NCBI RefSeq assembly: GCF_035084215.1
Contig: NC_090347.1
Coordinates: 25,606,001-25,670,000 of the forward strand
DNA: 64,000 bases
DNA from: Heptranchias perlo
Taxonomy: Eukaryota
Direction of reading: 5' to 3'
Shown here: positions 47,391 to 61,097 of the stretch, piece by piece
How the letters are laid out: every line of letters begins with the position of its first letter
How positions within the stretch are numbered: the first letter of the stretch is position 1
The notes under the pieces: generated by a model
What the model was told of the DNA's origin: nothing
Seen by the model: only the letters and a program-made list of their open reading frames with translations
Database searches by the model: none
Position numbers and translations under genes: made by a program

Positions 47391-48472
47391 TTTTTTTTAT
47401 TCGTTCATGGGATGCGGGCGTCGCTGGCAAGGCCGGCATTTATTGCCCATCCCTAATTGCCCTTGAGAAGGTGGTGGTGAGCCGCCTTCTTGAACCGCTG
47501 CAGTCCGTGTGGTGAAGATTCTCCCACAGTGCTGTTAGGAAGGGAGTACCAGGATTTTGACCCAGCGACGATGAAGGAACGGTGATATATTTCTAAGTTG
47601 GGATGGTGTGTGACTTGGAGGGGAACGTGCAGGTGGTGTTGTTCCCATGTGCCTGCTGCCCTTGTCCTTCTAGGTGGTAGAGGTCGCGGGTTTGGGAGGT
47701 GCTGTCGAAGAAGCCTTGGCAAGTTGCTGCAGTGCATCCTGTGGATGGTACACACTGCAGCCACTGTGCGCTGGTGGTGAAGGGAGTGAATGTTTAGGGT
47801 GGTGGATGGGGTGCCAATCAAACGGGCTGCTTTGTCCTGGATGGTGTCGAGCTCCTTGAGTGTTGTTGGAGCTGCACTCATCCAGGCAAGTGGAAAGTAT
47901 TCCATCACACTCCTGACTTGTGCCTTGTAGATGGTGGAAAGCTTTGGGGAGTCAGGAGGTGAGTCACTCGCCGCAGAATACCCAGCCTCTGACCTGCTCT
48001 TGTAGCCACAGTATTTATGTGGCTGGTCCAGTTAAGTTTCTGGTCAATGGTGACCCCCAGGATGTTGATGGTGGGGGATTCAGCGATGGTAATGCCGTTG
48101 AATGTCAAGGAGAGGTGGTTAGACCCTCTCTTGTTGGAGATGTTCATTGCCTGGCACTTGTCTGGCATGAATGTTACTTACCACTTATCACCCCAAGCCT
48201 GGATGTTGTCCAGGTCTTGCTGCATGCAGGCTCGGACTGCTTCATTATTTGAGGGGTTGTGAATGGAACTGAACACTGTGCAATCATCAGCGAACATCCC
48301 CATTTCTGACCTTATGATGGAGGGAAGGTCATTAATAAAGCAGCTGAAGATGGTTGGGCCTAGGACACTGCCCTGAGGAACTCCTGCAGCAATGTCCTGG
48401 GGCTGAGATGATTGGCCTCCAACAACCACTACCATCTTCCTTTGTGCTCGGTATGACTCCAGCCACTGGAGT
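47391..48472 (-). mobile_element. LINE family B 3' fragment
   Basis: Highly similar to ~21600-22847 but without the Penelope insert; PQGSVLGP, MFADD. Confidence 0.92.
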
Positions 48473-48499
48473 TCTGCTCTTCTCCCCGATGGGATTTCT

Positions 48500-49222
48500 G
48501 TTTGTCTCTTTTACCTTGTTCACCTTCATTGCTTTCTGTTTCCCCTCTCGTGTTTGATCAGGTTTCTTCTAAAACTCCCTTTCACAGCCACATCTCTTTC
48601 TTCAGCAACTGCCTTCAGCTCCGACTTATTCCAAGTGGATTCCAATTTAAATTCCATGTTTCATGTTTCAGATCCACCCATGATTATAGATAGCTCCATG
48701 ATAATCAACGTTCCCCGAACCACTGCTCTCGCTACTTCCTGAGATCCAGGATCAACGCCATGCGCTGTTGTATGCACACTCTCGACCTCTCTCTTTCGTT
48801 TAGGAACTTTACAACCTTCCTGACTCAACATTGATTTCAATAACTTCACATCATAACCATTGCTCCCATTTTTTTTGGTCAGCTAGTGCTGGTAATGGTT
48901 CTGCTGCTGCCATTTACAGCTACTCCTGAACAATCTTTTGTTTCTTTACTTGTCCCATTATCACCTTCCTTGTGTTGCACCATCATCCTTTTTGTCATTT
49001 AATCACTCGTGCCCTCTACCCTATCACAGACCTTCCCTTTTGTTCTTTCCTCCCCCCCTCCCTCCCCTCCTTTCCCTCGGTCTGTACTTGCTCAAAAACT
49101 TTAACTCTTTTAACATCTTTCAGTTCTGATAAAAGGTCTTCGAACTGAAATGATAATTCTGTTTCTTTCTCCACAGATGCTGCCCGACTTGCTGAGCTTC
49201 TCCAGTATTTTCTGTTTTTATT
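48500..49222 (+). mobile_element. Penelope-like element fragments with a degenerate hammerhead-like terminal motif
   Basis: ORF-like HSHISFFSNCLQLRLIPSGFQ; ttctgataaaaggtcttcgaactgaaa..ctccacagatgctgcc terminal motif. Confidence 0.6.
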
Positions 49223-50780
49223 CCCTTTCATAAAACTATATTGACTCTGCCTAATCATATTATGATTTTCTAAGTGCCCTGTTATCATTTCCTTAATAAT
49301 GGATTCCAGCATTTTCCCAACGATTGATGTCAGGCTAACTGGTCTGTAGTTCCCTGTTTTCTCTCCCTCCCTTCTTGAAAAGCAGGGTTACATTTGCTAC
49401 CTTCCAGTCCACTGGGACTGTTCCAGAATCTAGAGAATTTTGGAAGATCACAACCAATGCATCCACTATCTCTGCAGCCACCTCTTTTAGGACTCTCGAA
49501 TGTAGGCCATTAGGTCCAGGTGATTTGTTGGCTTTTAGTCCCATTAATTTGTTCAGTACTTTTCCTCTAGTGATATTAATTGTGTTAAGTTCCTCACTCT
49601 CATTTAGGCCTTGGTTCCCCATTATTTTTGGCATGCTTTTTGTGTCTTCTATTGTGAAGACAGATACAAAATATTTCTTTAACACATCTGCCATTTCCTG
49701 ATTGCCCATAATTTTTCCTGTCTCAGCCTCTAAGGGATCAACATTTACTTTTGGTATTCTCTTCCTTTTTACATACTTGTAGAAGCTCTTACAATCTGTT
49801 ACTATATTTCTTGCCAGTTTACTTTCATATTCTATCTTCTCCCTTTTTATCAATTTTTTGATTGTCCTTTGTTGGTTTCTAAAACTCTCCCAATCCCCAG
49901 TCTTATTACTCTTCTTGGCAACATTATAGGCCTCTTCTTTCAATCTAATACTCTCCTTAACTTCTTTAGTTAGCCATGCGTGGATCACTTTTCCTGTGGA
50001 GTTTTTATTTCTCAATGGAATGTATATTTGTTGAGAATATTGAAATATTTCTTTAAATGTTTGCCTTTGCTTTTCAACTGTCAAACCCTTTAATTTAATT
50101 TCCCAATCTGCCTATGACAACTCTCCCCTCATACCTGTGTAAGTTTAAGGCTTTATTTAAGTATAAGATTCTGGTTTCTGACGTAAGTATGTTACTTTCA
50201 AACTCAATGTGAAATTCTATCATATTATGATCACTCTTCACCAGAGGTTCTTTTACTGTGAGATTACAAATTAACCCTATCTCATTACATAATACAAAAT
50301 CTAAAATAGCCTGTTCCCTGGTTGGTTTCACGATGTATTACTCTAGGAAACAGTCTCAAATGCGTTCCATGAACTCGTCTTCCAAACCTTTGCCAATTTG
50401 ATTTGCCCAGTCTATATGCAGATTAAAATCCCCCATGATTACTGTATTACTTATGCTACAAGCTCCTTTTATTTCATGATTAATACTCTGTCCAACAGTA
50501 TAGCTACTATTAGGGGGCCTATAATCTACTCCCACCAGTGTTTTCTGCCCCTTGTTATTTCTTATTTCCAACCATACTGATTCTACTTCCTGATCCTCCG
50601 AGCCAAGATCCTTTCTCACTACTGTCCTTCTGTCATCCTTTATTATTAGGGCTACACCCCATCCTTTTCCATTCTGCCATTCTTTTCTAAATGTCATGTA
50701 CCATGGACTATTTAGTTCCCAACCTTGGTCATTTTCCAACCATGTCTCTGTAATGGCTATTAGGTCAAACCCATTTGTCT
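49223..50780 (-). mobile_element. CR1 ORF2 fragment (APE endonuclease to RT start)
   Basis: YRPPNS, IMGDFN, KSDHNMIEF, KSPGPNGLHSR. Confidence 0.92.
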
Positions 50781-51334
50781 CTGTGCAATTAATTCATCTA
50801 TCTTATCAAATAAACAGAGGAAGAACTGAAAAGGAGGGTGAATTAGAGTGGGTGATTTCAATGCTAAATCAGATACAGAAAGAGAAGTAAAGAAAGAGAC
50901 AGAAAGGAAAAATAAGAATTTTTAAAAAAAATTAAATTTGACATTTTTAAAATCTCCAACAACAATTCACTACCTGAAGGAATGAGACTCCACATTTTTA
51001 ATTGTTCATTTTCTGGGCAAGAGAGGTTGATTAGCAGTCATTAATAATTATCGCATCATTAAAAGAATACCTACGCCATTAATTACTGGACTTACTGGTG
51101 AGTTTAATGGGCAATCAATGCGCAAATGCAGCAACTTCATAAAATTTATGGAGAGGTTAAGAGTGAGATGCCATTTTCATGAAGTTAACGGCGGAGCAAA
51201 TCGTCCGGCAACTTTTGGTGATTCGCAATTCATGGGGTATCTCATCCTCGCCATCAGTTGCTGGCCAACTTGCGCAATAACAGCTTGTGTCATTCACACA
51301 CCATTATTTTTACAACAAATTCTGACCCCATATG

Positions 51335-53791
51335 TTTTAGAACTGACAAGGGAATAGGCCATACCAGATTCAGTGATAATGAACCAGAATTAATTTTAAC
51401 AATCAGATGGTAAGGGAGCATCTTGCGAGTAATTACCATAATATGATTGAATTTGATATTAGATTTGAGAGGGAAAAGGGAGAGTCACAAACCAAGGCAG
51501 ACTTCAAAGGGATGAGAAATAAATTGATCACAGTAAACTGGGCTGAGCTATTAATGGGTAAACATACAGAAAAACAGTGGGAAGTATTCAAAGCAGTATT
51601 TGGTATGATACAAAATCAGTACATAGCCCTAAAAGGCAAAAGCTCCAATTGTGTAGTTAAACAACCATGGTTAACAAATGAAGTAAGAGAAGAATCAAGC
51701 TAAAGGAAAGGGTTTACACAAATGCAAAGAAAAGTGCAAATCCAATGGACTGGGAGAGCTACAAAAAGCAACAGAGGGATACAAAGAAAGGAATTAAGTG
51801 TTGCAAAAGGGGAACATGAAAAAAAAACTTGTAAGGGATATCAAAGCTAACAGCAAAAAATGTTTTTTTATAAATATGTTGAGAGAGTGGTAAAGGGAAA
51901 TGTGGGCCCATTAAAGATGGAAGCAGGCGAGACTATATTGGATAATAAGGAAATAAAATACATCTTAAATTAATACTTTGCATCCATTTTCACAGTGGAG
52001 GAAGAGGACAAAATACCAGCGGTACAAGGGAACATAAAAGTAAGTCAAGGGGAGGCACTTAATGGATTTAAGACAAGTAAAGAAATGGTAACGGAGAAAA
52101 TAATGGGACTTAAGAAAGACAAATCTTCAGGACCTGATGGTTTCCACACATGGATATTAATAGGTGAGGAAATTGCAAATGCATCCGTCACAATTTTCCA
52201 AAGGTCTCTAGATTCAGGAATTGTGCCTTTGGATTGGAAAATTGCAAATGTCACTCCATTATTTAAGAAGGGAGGGAGGGAGAAACCAAGTAACTACAGA
52301 CCTTTCAGTTTAACATCAATTGTGGTGAAGTTCCTGGAATCTATCATCAGAGACAGAGGCCCCGATATTAGCGGGGAGGCAGGATGGCAGCGGGGGGGGG
52401 GGGGGGGGGAGGGGTGCGGGAGGGGGGCGATTGGGCACCTGGCAAACCCGCATGAACCAAACTTACTGTTTCCGAGCGATCGCACGTTGATTGATAGTGG
52501 TTAACGTCCTCTCCGGGTATGGCGTCCGGCAGCGAGCCTGAAAGACAGGCTGGCTGCTGTCAGGTGCAGGGCAAGAAAAAGAGAGAGCCAGGCGTCATCT
52601 GGCACTGGAACGGAAGACCGGGGCGGGGAGGGGGAGAATGGAAGATCCGGCACTGGACTGGAAGACTGGGGGGTGGGGGGTGGGGAGAGGGGAAGATTGG
52701 GGGGGAAGGGGAAGATCGGGGGGAGAGAGGGGAAGATCGGAAGGAGGGGGGAGAATCGGGGGAGGAGAGGGGGAAGATCAGGGGGACATTGGGAGGGTGA
52801 AGAGGGGGACATCGGGAGGGTGAAGAGGAGGATATTGGGGGGTAGATCAGGAGGGTGAAGAGGGAGTCATCAGAACGGGAGACATCAGACATCAGAGCAG
52901 GTTTTAAAGGTAGGTGCATTTAGTGTTTTCACTTCCTTCCATGGCTTTTTACTTAATTTATTTAGTTTCTTGTTCCTTGATCCGACCCTACACGCCTCAT
53001 TTCACCAGGCGTGAATCAGAAGCGGTGGGCAAGCCGCCGAGGTAAGTTAAAAATCATTTTAATCACTTAATCTGTCACAGGTAAAGTGCCTTAAATACCT
53101 CAATGAGGTACATTTGGCTCTTTAACTGTCATCCCGCCAGCTTTAATTGCTGGCAGGACTTCCGTTTCTGAGTCGCCCGCGTGCACACAGGTGGGTCCCT
53201 GGGAAACTCGGAAGTTGGCGGGTTGGAACCGGCTTCCGAACCCGAACTGGATTTCCGCGATTATCGGAGCCCCCCCACGCCCTACGCACCCGTGTTTACC
53301 TCCTAAAATCACCCACGGAGTGATTGAACACTTAGACAAGTATCAGTTGATCAAAGCGAGGCAGCCTGAATTTGTGAAGAGTAGAGCATGGCTGAATAAT
53401 TTAGTTGAATTTTTTGAGGAGGTCACTGACATGGTGGATAGGGGAGTGTCTATGGAGGTTGTGTATACGGACTTCCAGAAGGTATTTGATGGTTCCACAC
53501 AAGAGAATATTAACAAAAATGAGAGAGCACAGAATTGGAGGCAACTTTGTATCATAGGTTGATAATTGGTTGGGAGATAGGAGACAGAATGTAGGGATGA
53601 AGGGAATGGGATATGATTGACAGGACATGACATGTGATGTTTCCCAGGGATCCATACTGGGGCCTCAGCTTTTCACCATATATATCAATGACTTGGATGA
53701 AGAAATTGTGAACTGTATATTCAAGTTTGCAGATGACACGAAATTAGGAGGTTGCATGGATGGAAACAGGAAGTTACAAAGGGACATAGAC
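51335..53791 (+). mobile_element. CR1 ORF2 fragment, split by a MITE
   Basis: SGPDGFH, NYRPFSLTS, ESIIRD|...|VIEHLDK, QGSILGP, FADD. Confidence 0.88.
52357..53315. mobile_element. Non-autonomous Harbinger (MITE) with G-rich low-complexity interior
   Basis: Left end ggc(c)ccgatattagcggggaggcaggatggcagcggggg matches the reverse complement of the right end of the 5054-8629 element; right end ctaaaatcaccc; flanks CAG/CGG. Confidence 0.8.
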
Positions 53792-53794
53792 AGG

Positions 53795-54010
53795 ACATTC
53801 TCCTCAAATGCTGCCTTACTCTCCTTTTCTCCATCCTCACCTGTTCCTCCTCCTTCTCGGTAATGGCATACAAAGGTGTGCCCATATAGAATGCCAAACC
53901 TGCTCCTGTGAAGCCCTCACTTTGGGTAGGGGGCGGGGGAAGGATCAAAATCTCAAAGTAGTACCGCACTCCACAGATATTCAGAACAAATCCAAGGCTG
54001 TCTAGACCGA
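53795..54010 (-). mobile_element. L2-type LINE fragment
   Basis: Endonuclease-region remnant adjoining the truncated CR1; recognised by pattern only. Confidence 0.35.
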
Positions 54011-54784
54011 ATTAAAAAGAAAATCGCTCCAAAAAGGTTGCTCCGAGCTGCAGTAATCACTACTTAAACTTTCAGCACTTCCACCAGTCTCAGCCGATCC
54101 TGGGGACAGCTGTGCCTTATATTTTTCACTCTAACTTACCTTTAATGTATTGAGAGTGTAAAATGAGGACATTCTGAGCTGCAGCGTCAGTAATTCTCAC
54201 ACTATATATTAATTAAATGGCTGGGGGTTCAATGGATCGATTGTTGGATGAACCAAAAAGCATGGAATTGAATTTGGGTTGGAAAACTGCAGAAACCACT
54301 TTCACCGCAATTTGCTGGCCATATAAAGTACTTACTCTGACTTTGTACTAAAGACCTGCTGAAAATGGTGTGGGATTTTGGGGTCATTTTATTTTATGAA
54401 TCATTACATTTTCTTTAGTCATCAAAACTCCACTACATTTCCAAGAAATGTGAGCATACAAATGACCGGGAAGTCAATTTTTATTAACTTTAGCTGCAGT
54501 TGTGTCTTGATGATATGCTTCTTTGATTCCAAGTTACTTTCTCAGTTGCTTTCATACATTGAATTGAACTGGTCAATTTATTCTCCTTCAGACTGCCAGC
54601 TCTTTCCCTGCTCTGTCTCCTCCATGGTGCTTTCTCTTCATTTACCCTCTGTCTTTCTCACAGTTCAGTCTTCAGTCCATTCCATCCATCAATTGGCAGA
54701 AAATTATGACACAGTCTAACCAGCTGACTAAATGGTGATTTATTGACACTGTTAAATTTAGCCAGAAATCTGTCCACAGAGATA

Positions 54785-55198
54785 AAGAAAGACTTTCACA
54801 ACTTCAGGACGTCCCAAAGCGCTTTACAATCAATGAACTACTTTTGAAGTGTAGTCACTGTTGTAATGTATGAAATGTGGCAGCCAATTTGCACACAGCA
54901 AGTTCCCACAAACAGCAATGTAACAATGACCAGATAATCTAGTTTTTTTGGTGGTGTTGGTTGAAGGTTAAGTGTTGGAGAGGATACGGGAAAAACTCCC
55001 CTGCTCTTCTTCGAAATAGTGCCATGGGATCTTTTACGTCCACCTGAGAAGGCAGACTGGGCCTTGGTTTAATGTCTCTTCCAAAAGACAGCACCTCCAG
55101 CAGTGCAGCACTCCCTCTGTACTGCATTGGAGTATCAGCCTGGATATTGTGCTCAAAAATTCTGGAGTGGGAGGCAAGTGTGCTACCAACTAAGCCAC
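54785..55198 (-). mobile_element. Deu-domain-type SINE (SacSINE1-like)
   Basis: Homologous to 44327-44708. Confidence 0.85.
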
Positions 55199-55451
55199 CG
55201 TTGATATTCCAATGTTTTGATGTCCATTGTTTTGATGATTTTAACTAGTAAGGAATCTTACAACACCAGGTTGATGATTTTAACTGGTAAGATATATTCA
55301 TACACCTTTTCGGAACAAGAGAATTTCTATTAAGTATTTTGGATGGCAGAGCATGATATGACACATATTTCTCATTGAGATTAGATTTGGTGGTAAATTC
55401 AGTGTTAAGATCATGTAAGGTCGTGTCACTTCTATACCATCCAGGCCTTCT

Positions 55452-55468
55452 TCATTCTGGGTCACCTA
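55452..55468 (-). CDS. Possible terminal coding exon of gene C (VGDPE* if joined directly to the TM exon)
   Basis: ttttttttccag|tag|g NAGNAG acceptor in unique DNA downstream of the TM exon; frame uncertain. Confidence 0.25.
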
Positions 55469-56231
55469 CTGGAAAAAAAACTCATTAATAAAAGGTAAAG
55501 TAGCACTTCTTATTTCAGATTGTAAAATATAGTCTTAAAAAATTACATACCAATTAATGTTGTTGTTGATTTGTATCGTGCCCGTACGTATGCTTTTGAT
55601 TTAAAATGAAAATGAAAGTATTAGCATTCAAGTAACTTTTACATTAGCATTCATTTGCATTCATAAAATCTCATGTTGAACAACTTTCTTTTAATTCTTC
55701 TTTCTGGTTGTTACATCACATCATGAATAAGACGCTTATGCTTGATTTTCCGTGTTCTTTTGTGCTGATTCTGGCAGATTGCGCTGATAAAACAGTGCAA
55801 TCAAGAGGGAACTCTACCCCACTATATTATTGTTAGGAAGTGAACAGTCTACAATGTTAGAGCTCCAAATACAGTATTATTTTATAGGGTGGTTATCAAG
55901 CTATTGAAGTTTTTAGCTTAATGACAAAACTGTGCTTTGAAAAATAAAATTATGGACACTGAAAAATCAGTTCCTTGTAGTCCCAAGCTTAGTAAGATAA
56001 GTTGGTACATTTGAAGGAGAACCCTTGATGGCCCAATGCAACATCCAACCCAGAATGAAGTTACGTAGACCAGATGGTCCCATGTGCTGGTTTGCATTAA
56101 ATCAGCTGATCTCAGCCAGAGTAGAAACTGGGGACATTACAATTAGACTCAGTGTCTTTCATCAAAGGAGGGCAAAAATCAATCAATATTCCATCTGCTG
56201 ATTCCTATTCACTGACTTCAATTGGAATATC

Positions 56232-59200
56232 CTCTCCAACATCAAGACCGCCTATTTCCACCTCTGTAATATTGCCTGTCTCTGCCCCGCATCAGCCCAT
56301 CTGCTGCTGAAACCCTCATCCGTGATTTTATTACCTACAGACTCGAATATTCCAACGCCCTCCTGACCAGACTCCCATCTTCCACCCTCCATAAACTTGA
56401 GCTCATCCAAAACTCTGCTGCTTGTATTCTAACTAGTACCAAGTGCCATACACCCATCACTCCTGTGCTCGCTCACCTACATTGGCTCCCGGTCCACCAA
56501 GGCCTCAAATTAAAATTCTCATCCTTGTAGAATCATAGAAAGGTTACAGCACGGAAGGAGGCCATTCGGCCCATCGAGTCCGTGCCGGCTCTATGCAAAA
56601 GCAATCCAGCTAGTCCCACTTCCCCGTCCTAGCCCCGTAGCCCTGGAAATTTTTTTCCCTTCAAGTACTTATCCAGTTCCCTTTTGAAAGCCATGATTGA
56701 ATCTGCCTCCACCATACCCTCGGGCAGTCCATTCCAGATCCTAACCACTCACTGTGTAAAAAAGTTTTTCCTCATGTCACCTTTGGTTCTTTTGCCAATC
56801 ACCTTAAATCTATGTCCTCTGTTTCTTGACCCTTCCACAAATGGGAACAGTTTCTCTCTATCTACTCTGTCTAGACCCTGCATGATTTTGAATACCTCTT
56901 ATTCAAATCTCCTGGCAACCTTCTCTGTTCCAAGGAGAACAACCCCAGCTTCTCCAGTCTATCCACGTAACTAAAGTCCCTCATCCCTGGAATCATTCTA
57001 GTAATCTCTTCTGCACCCTCTCTAAGGCCTTCACATCGTTCCTGAAGTGCCCAGAACTGGACACAATACTCCAGTTGTGGCTGAACCAGTGTTTTTTAAA
57101 GGCTCATCATAACTTCCATGTTTTTGCACTCTATGCTTCTATTTATAAAGCCCAGGATCCCATATGCTTTTTGAACCCCTTTCTCAACCTGCCCTGCCAC
57201 CTTCAATGATTTGTGCAGATATGCCCCCAGATCTCTTTGTTCCTGCATGCCTTTTAGAATTGTGCCTTTCAGTTTATATTGCCTCTCCTCGTTCTTCCTA
57301 CCAAAATATATCACTTCGCATTTTTCTGCGATAAATTTCGTCTGCCATGTGTCTGCTCATTCCACCAGCCTGTCTATATCCTCTTGAAGTCTATCATTAT
57401 CCTCCTCACTGTTCACTGGACTTTGAAGTTTTGTGTTGTCTGCAAATTTAGAAATTATGCGTTGTACACCCAAATCCAAGTCATTAATATATATCAAGAA
57501 AAGTAGTGGTCCAATATCGACCCCTGGGGAAAACCCTTTATACCTCCCTCCAGTCTGTAAAATAACCATTCACAACTATTCTCTGTTTCCATTGACTTAG
57601 CCAGTTTTGTATCCATGCTGCCATTGCCCCTTTTATTCCATGGGCTTCAACGTTTATGACAAGCCTATTATGTGGCACTTTATCAAATGCCTTTTGAAAG
57701 TCCACATAAACCACATCAACTGCAGTGCCCTCAGCTACCCTCTCTGTTACCTCATTAAAAAATTCTATCAAGTTAGTTAAACACGATTTGCCTTTAACAA
57801 ATCTATGCTGGCTTTCCTTAATTAATCCACACTTGTCCAAGTGACTACTAATTTTGTCTCGGATTATCGTTTCTAAAAGTTTCCCCACCACCGAGGTTAA
57901 ACTGATTGGCCTACAGTTGCCGGGTTTATCCTTACAACCCTTTCTGAACAAGGGTGTAACATTTGCAATTCTCCAGTCCTCTGGCACCACCCCCATATCT
58001 AAGGATGATTGGAAGATTATGGCCAGTACCTCCACAATTTCCACCCTTAATTCCCTCAGCAACCTAGGATGCATCCCATCCGGACCGGGTGACTTATCTA
58101 CGTTAAGTACAGCCAGCCTTTCTAGTACCTCCTCTTTATCAATTTTTAGCCCATCCAGTATCTCAACTACCTCTTCCTTTACTGAGACTCTGACAGCATC
58201 TTCTTCCTTGGAAAAGACAGATGCGAATTACTCATTTAGTACCTCAGCCATGCCTTCTGCCTCCATGAGTAGATCTCCTTTTTGGTCCCTAATCTGCCCC
58301 ACCCCTCCTCTTATTACCCATTTACTGTTTAGATGTCTATAGAAGTCTTTTGGATTCCCTTTTATGTTGGCCACCTGTCTATTCTCATACTCTCTCTTTG
58401 CCCCTCTTATTTCCTTTTTCACTTCCCCTCTGAACTTTCTATATTTAGCCTGGTTCTCACTTATCAACCTGACATCTGTCATACGCCCCTTTTTTCTGCT
58501 TCATCTTACTCTCTATCTCTTTTATCACCCAGGGAGCTCTGGCTTTAGTTGCCCTACCTTTCTCCCTCGTAGGAATGTACCCAGACTGCATCTGACCCAT
58601 CTCTTTAAAGACCGCCCATTGTTCAATTACGGTTTTTTGCCTGCTAATCTTTGATTCCAATTTACCCAGGCCAGATCTGTTCTCATCCCACTGAAATTGG
58701 CCCTACCTCCAATTGAGTACTTTTATTTTAGAATGGTCCTTATCCTTTTCCGTAGATATTCTAAACCTTATGATACTATGATCGCTGTTCACTAAATGTT
58801 CCCCCACTGACACTTGCTCCACTTGGCCCGCCTCATTCCCCAGAACCAGATTCAGCAATGCCTCCTTCCTCGTTGGGCCGGAAATGTACTGGTCAAGAAA
58901 GTTCTCATTAACACACTTCAAAAATTCCTCCCCCTCTTTGCCCGTTACTATCCCAGTCTATATTAGGATAGTTGAAGTCCCCCATTCTACTCTATGGCTG
59001 TTGCACTTCTCTGCAATTTCCCTGCAGATTTGCTCCTCTACATCCTTCCCACTCGTTGGTGGCCTACAGAATACAACCCCCAGTAGTGTAGTAGTGTAAA
59101 GGCACCTCTATTGTTTCTTAACTCTAACCAAATAGATTCTGCCCTTGACCCCTCCAGGACATCCTCTCTCTCCAGCCCTGCAATATTCTCCTTAATCAAT

Positions 59201-60634
59201 ATCACCACCCCCCCCCTCCTTTCTTTCCTTCCTTATCTTTCCTGAACACCTTGTATCCAGGAATATTTAGCACCCAATCCTGCCCTTTTTTGAGCCAGGT
59301 CTCCGTTATTGCCATGACATCATATTCTTATGTGGCTAATTGCACCAGCAGCTCACCAACCTTACTTACCATGCTTTGTGTGTTTACACAAATGCACTGT
59401 AAACCTATCTTAGACCTTCTTGTACTCTCTTTTAGTCTGATCCCACCTAATAGAGTACTATTTTTTACTCTAGTGCTATCTTTGTTCCTCCTTTCCAATG
59501 CTACATTCTGGTGCCCATCCCCCTGCCAAATTAGTTTAAACCCTCCTCCACAGCACTCCCCGCGAGGACATTGGTCCCAGCTCTGTTGAGGTGCAACCCG
59601 TCTGGCCTGTACAGGTCCCACCTCCCTCAGAATTGGTCCCAATGTCCCAGGAATCTAAAGCCCTCCCTCCTGCAGCATCTCTCCAGCCACGCATTCATCT
59701 GCTCTCTCCTCCTATTTCTATACTCACTAGCGTGTGGCACCGGGAGTAATCCGGAGATTACTACCTTTGAGGTCCTGCTTGTTAATCACTTTACTAACTC
59801 CTTAAAATCTGCCTGCAGGACCTCATCCCTCTTTCTACCTATGTTGTTGGTACCAACATGGACCATGACCTCTGGCTGTTCACCCTCCCCCTCCAGAATG
59901 TTCTGCAGCCGTTGAGTGATATCCTTGACCCTGGCACTGGGGAGGCAACATACCATCCTGGAATCACATCTGTTCCCCTAACTATAGAATCCCCTATCAC
60001 TATCGCTCTCCTTCCTTCCTGTACACATGGTGCTGTGGACTTGTCTCTGGCTGCACTCCCCAGAGGAACCCTCTCTTCAACTAGTATTCAGAACTGAATA
60101 CTGGTTAGAGAGTGAGATGCCCTCAGGGGACTCCTGCACTACCTGCCTAGTCCTCCTTGTCTGTCTGGTGGTCACCCAGTCCCTCTCTGCCTGCACTTTC
60201 TTAAGCTGTGGGGTGACCACCTCCTGAAATGTGCTATCCACAAAACTCTCAGTCTCACGGATGCACTGCAGTGACGCCAGCTGCTGCTCAAGCTCCAAAT
60301 CCCGGAGCTCGAGCTTCTCCAGCTGACAACACTTCCTGCGCCTGTGGTTGTCCAGGACACGAGATTCTAGCCTCTTGTGCATCCCCAATTTTCATCGCTT
60401 CACCACTGGTAGCTATGCCTTCAGCTGCCTCAGCCCTAAACTCTGGAATTCCCTCCATAAACCTTGCTGCCAATCCACTTCGCTCCTCCTTTAAGGCAAT
60501 CCTTAAAACCTACCTCTTTGACCTAGCTTTTGGTCACCTGTCCTAATGTCTCCTTCTTTAGCTCAGTGGTAATTTTCATCTGAAGCACCATGGGACGTTT
60601 TTCTATGTTAAAGGTGCAATATAAATGCAAGTTG
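56232..60634 (+). mobile_element. L2-type LINE 3' region (56232-56527 and ~60365-60634) split by a CR1
   Basis: LELIQNSAA...LHWLPV segment; ctctggaattccctcc..aaaacctacctctttgac..tataaatgcaagttg tail. Confidence 0.8.
56528..60360 (-). mobile_element. Long CR1 LINE (ORF1 remnant + endonuclease/RT), multiply frameshifted
   Basis: ORF1 CRKC..LQLLELR-like remnant, GEHLVNSDH, MHPRLLREL, VDFQKAFDKVPH, KFAD; tagaatcatagaa tail. Confidence 0.93.
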
Positions 60635-60953
60635 TCATTTTTGTTGTTGTTCGAAAGTGCGTGTGTGTTGACATTGGGAGAAGACAGGACTGAGCTCAGC
60701 TATGATCATCTTCATTGTCATATAGCCTGATCATGCTTACTGTCTAGGCTCATACATGAAGAGTGATCACTTGGACAAGGTATGGAGGGTGGTGCGATTT
60801 TATGCCAACAAGAGTCAGAGAGGGGGAAGAGAAAATGGTGGCAGAGGATGGGGTGGAACTTTAATGCAGCATTGGAGAAGCAAAACAAAATCTTGTAAAG
60901 CTCTTATGAAACAACAGTTCTGCCTTTTTCCTTTATCAGAATTAATATTATAC

Positions 60954-61097
60954 CTTGAGGTATTCGACTTTTCCAGTACAGAAGTGCCAAAAGCGCCAAA
61001 AGAACTATGAAGCCCAAAGGTAAAATGACACGAACAACTGCTGTGATTCTTTGTTTTGGTTGCTGATAGATTTCACTATTTTTAGAACAACTTAATC
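60954..61097 (-). CDS. Gene C stalk/transmembrane exon
   Basis: LSCSKNSEIYQQPKQRITAVVRVILPLGFIVLLALLALLYWKSRIPQ; 144 nt, ttcag| and |gtata, phase 1. Confidence 0.85.

Noticed and set aside
52501-52919. Pro-rich/Gly-rich ORFs on both strands
   Set aside because: Low-complexity purine repeats inside a MITE
54140-54180. Short segment with a perfect aag|gtaagt donor on the minus strand
   Set aside because: No pyrimidine-rich acceptor and no way to link it to gene B or C from sequence alone
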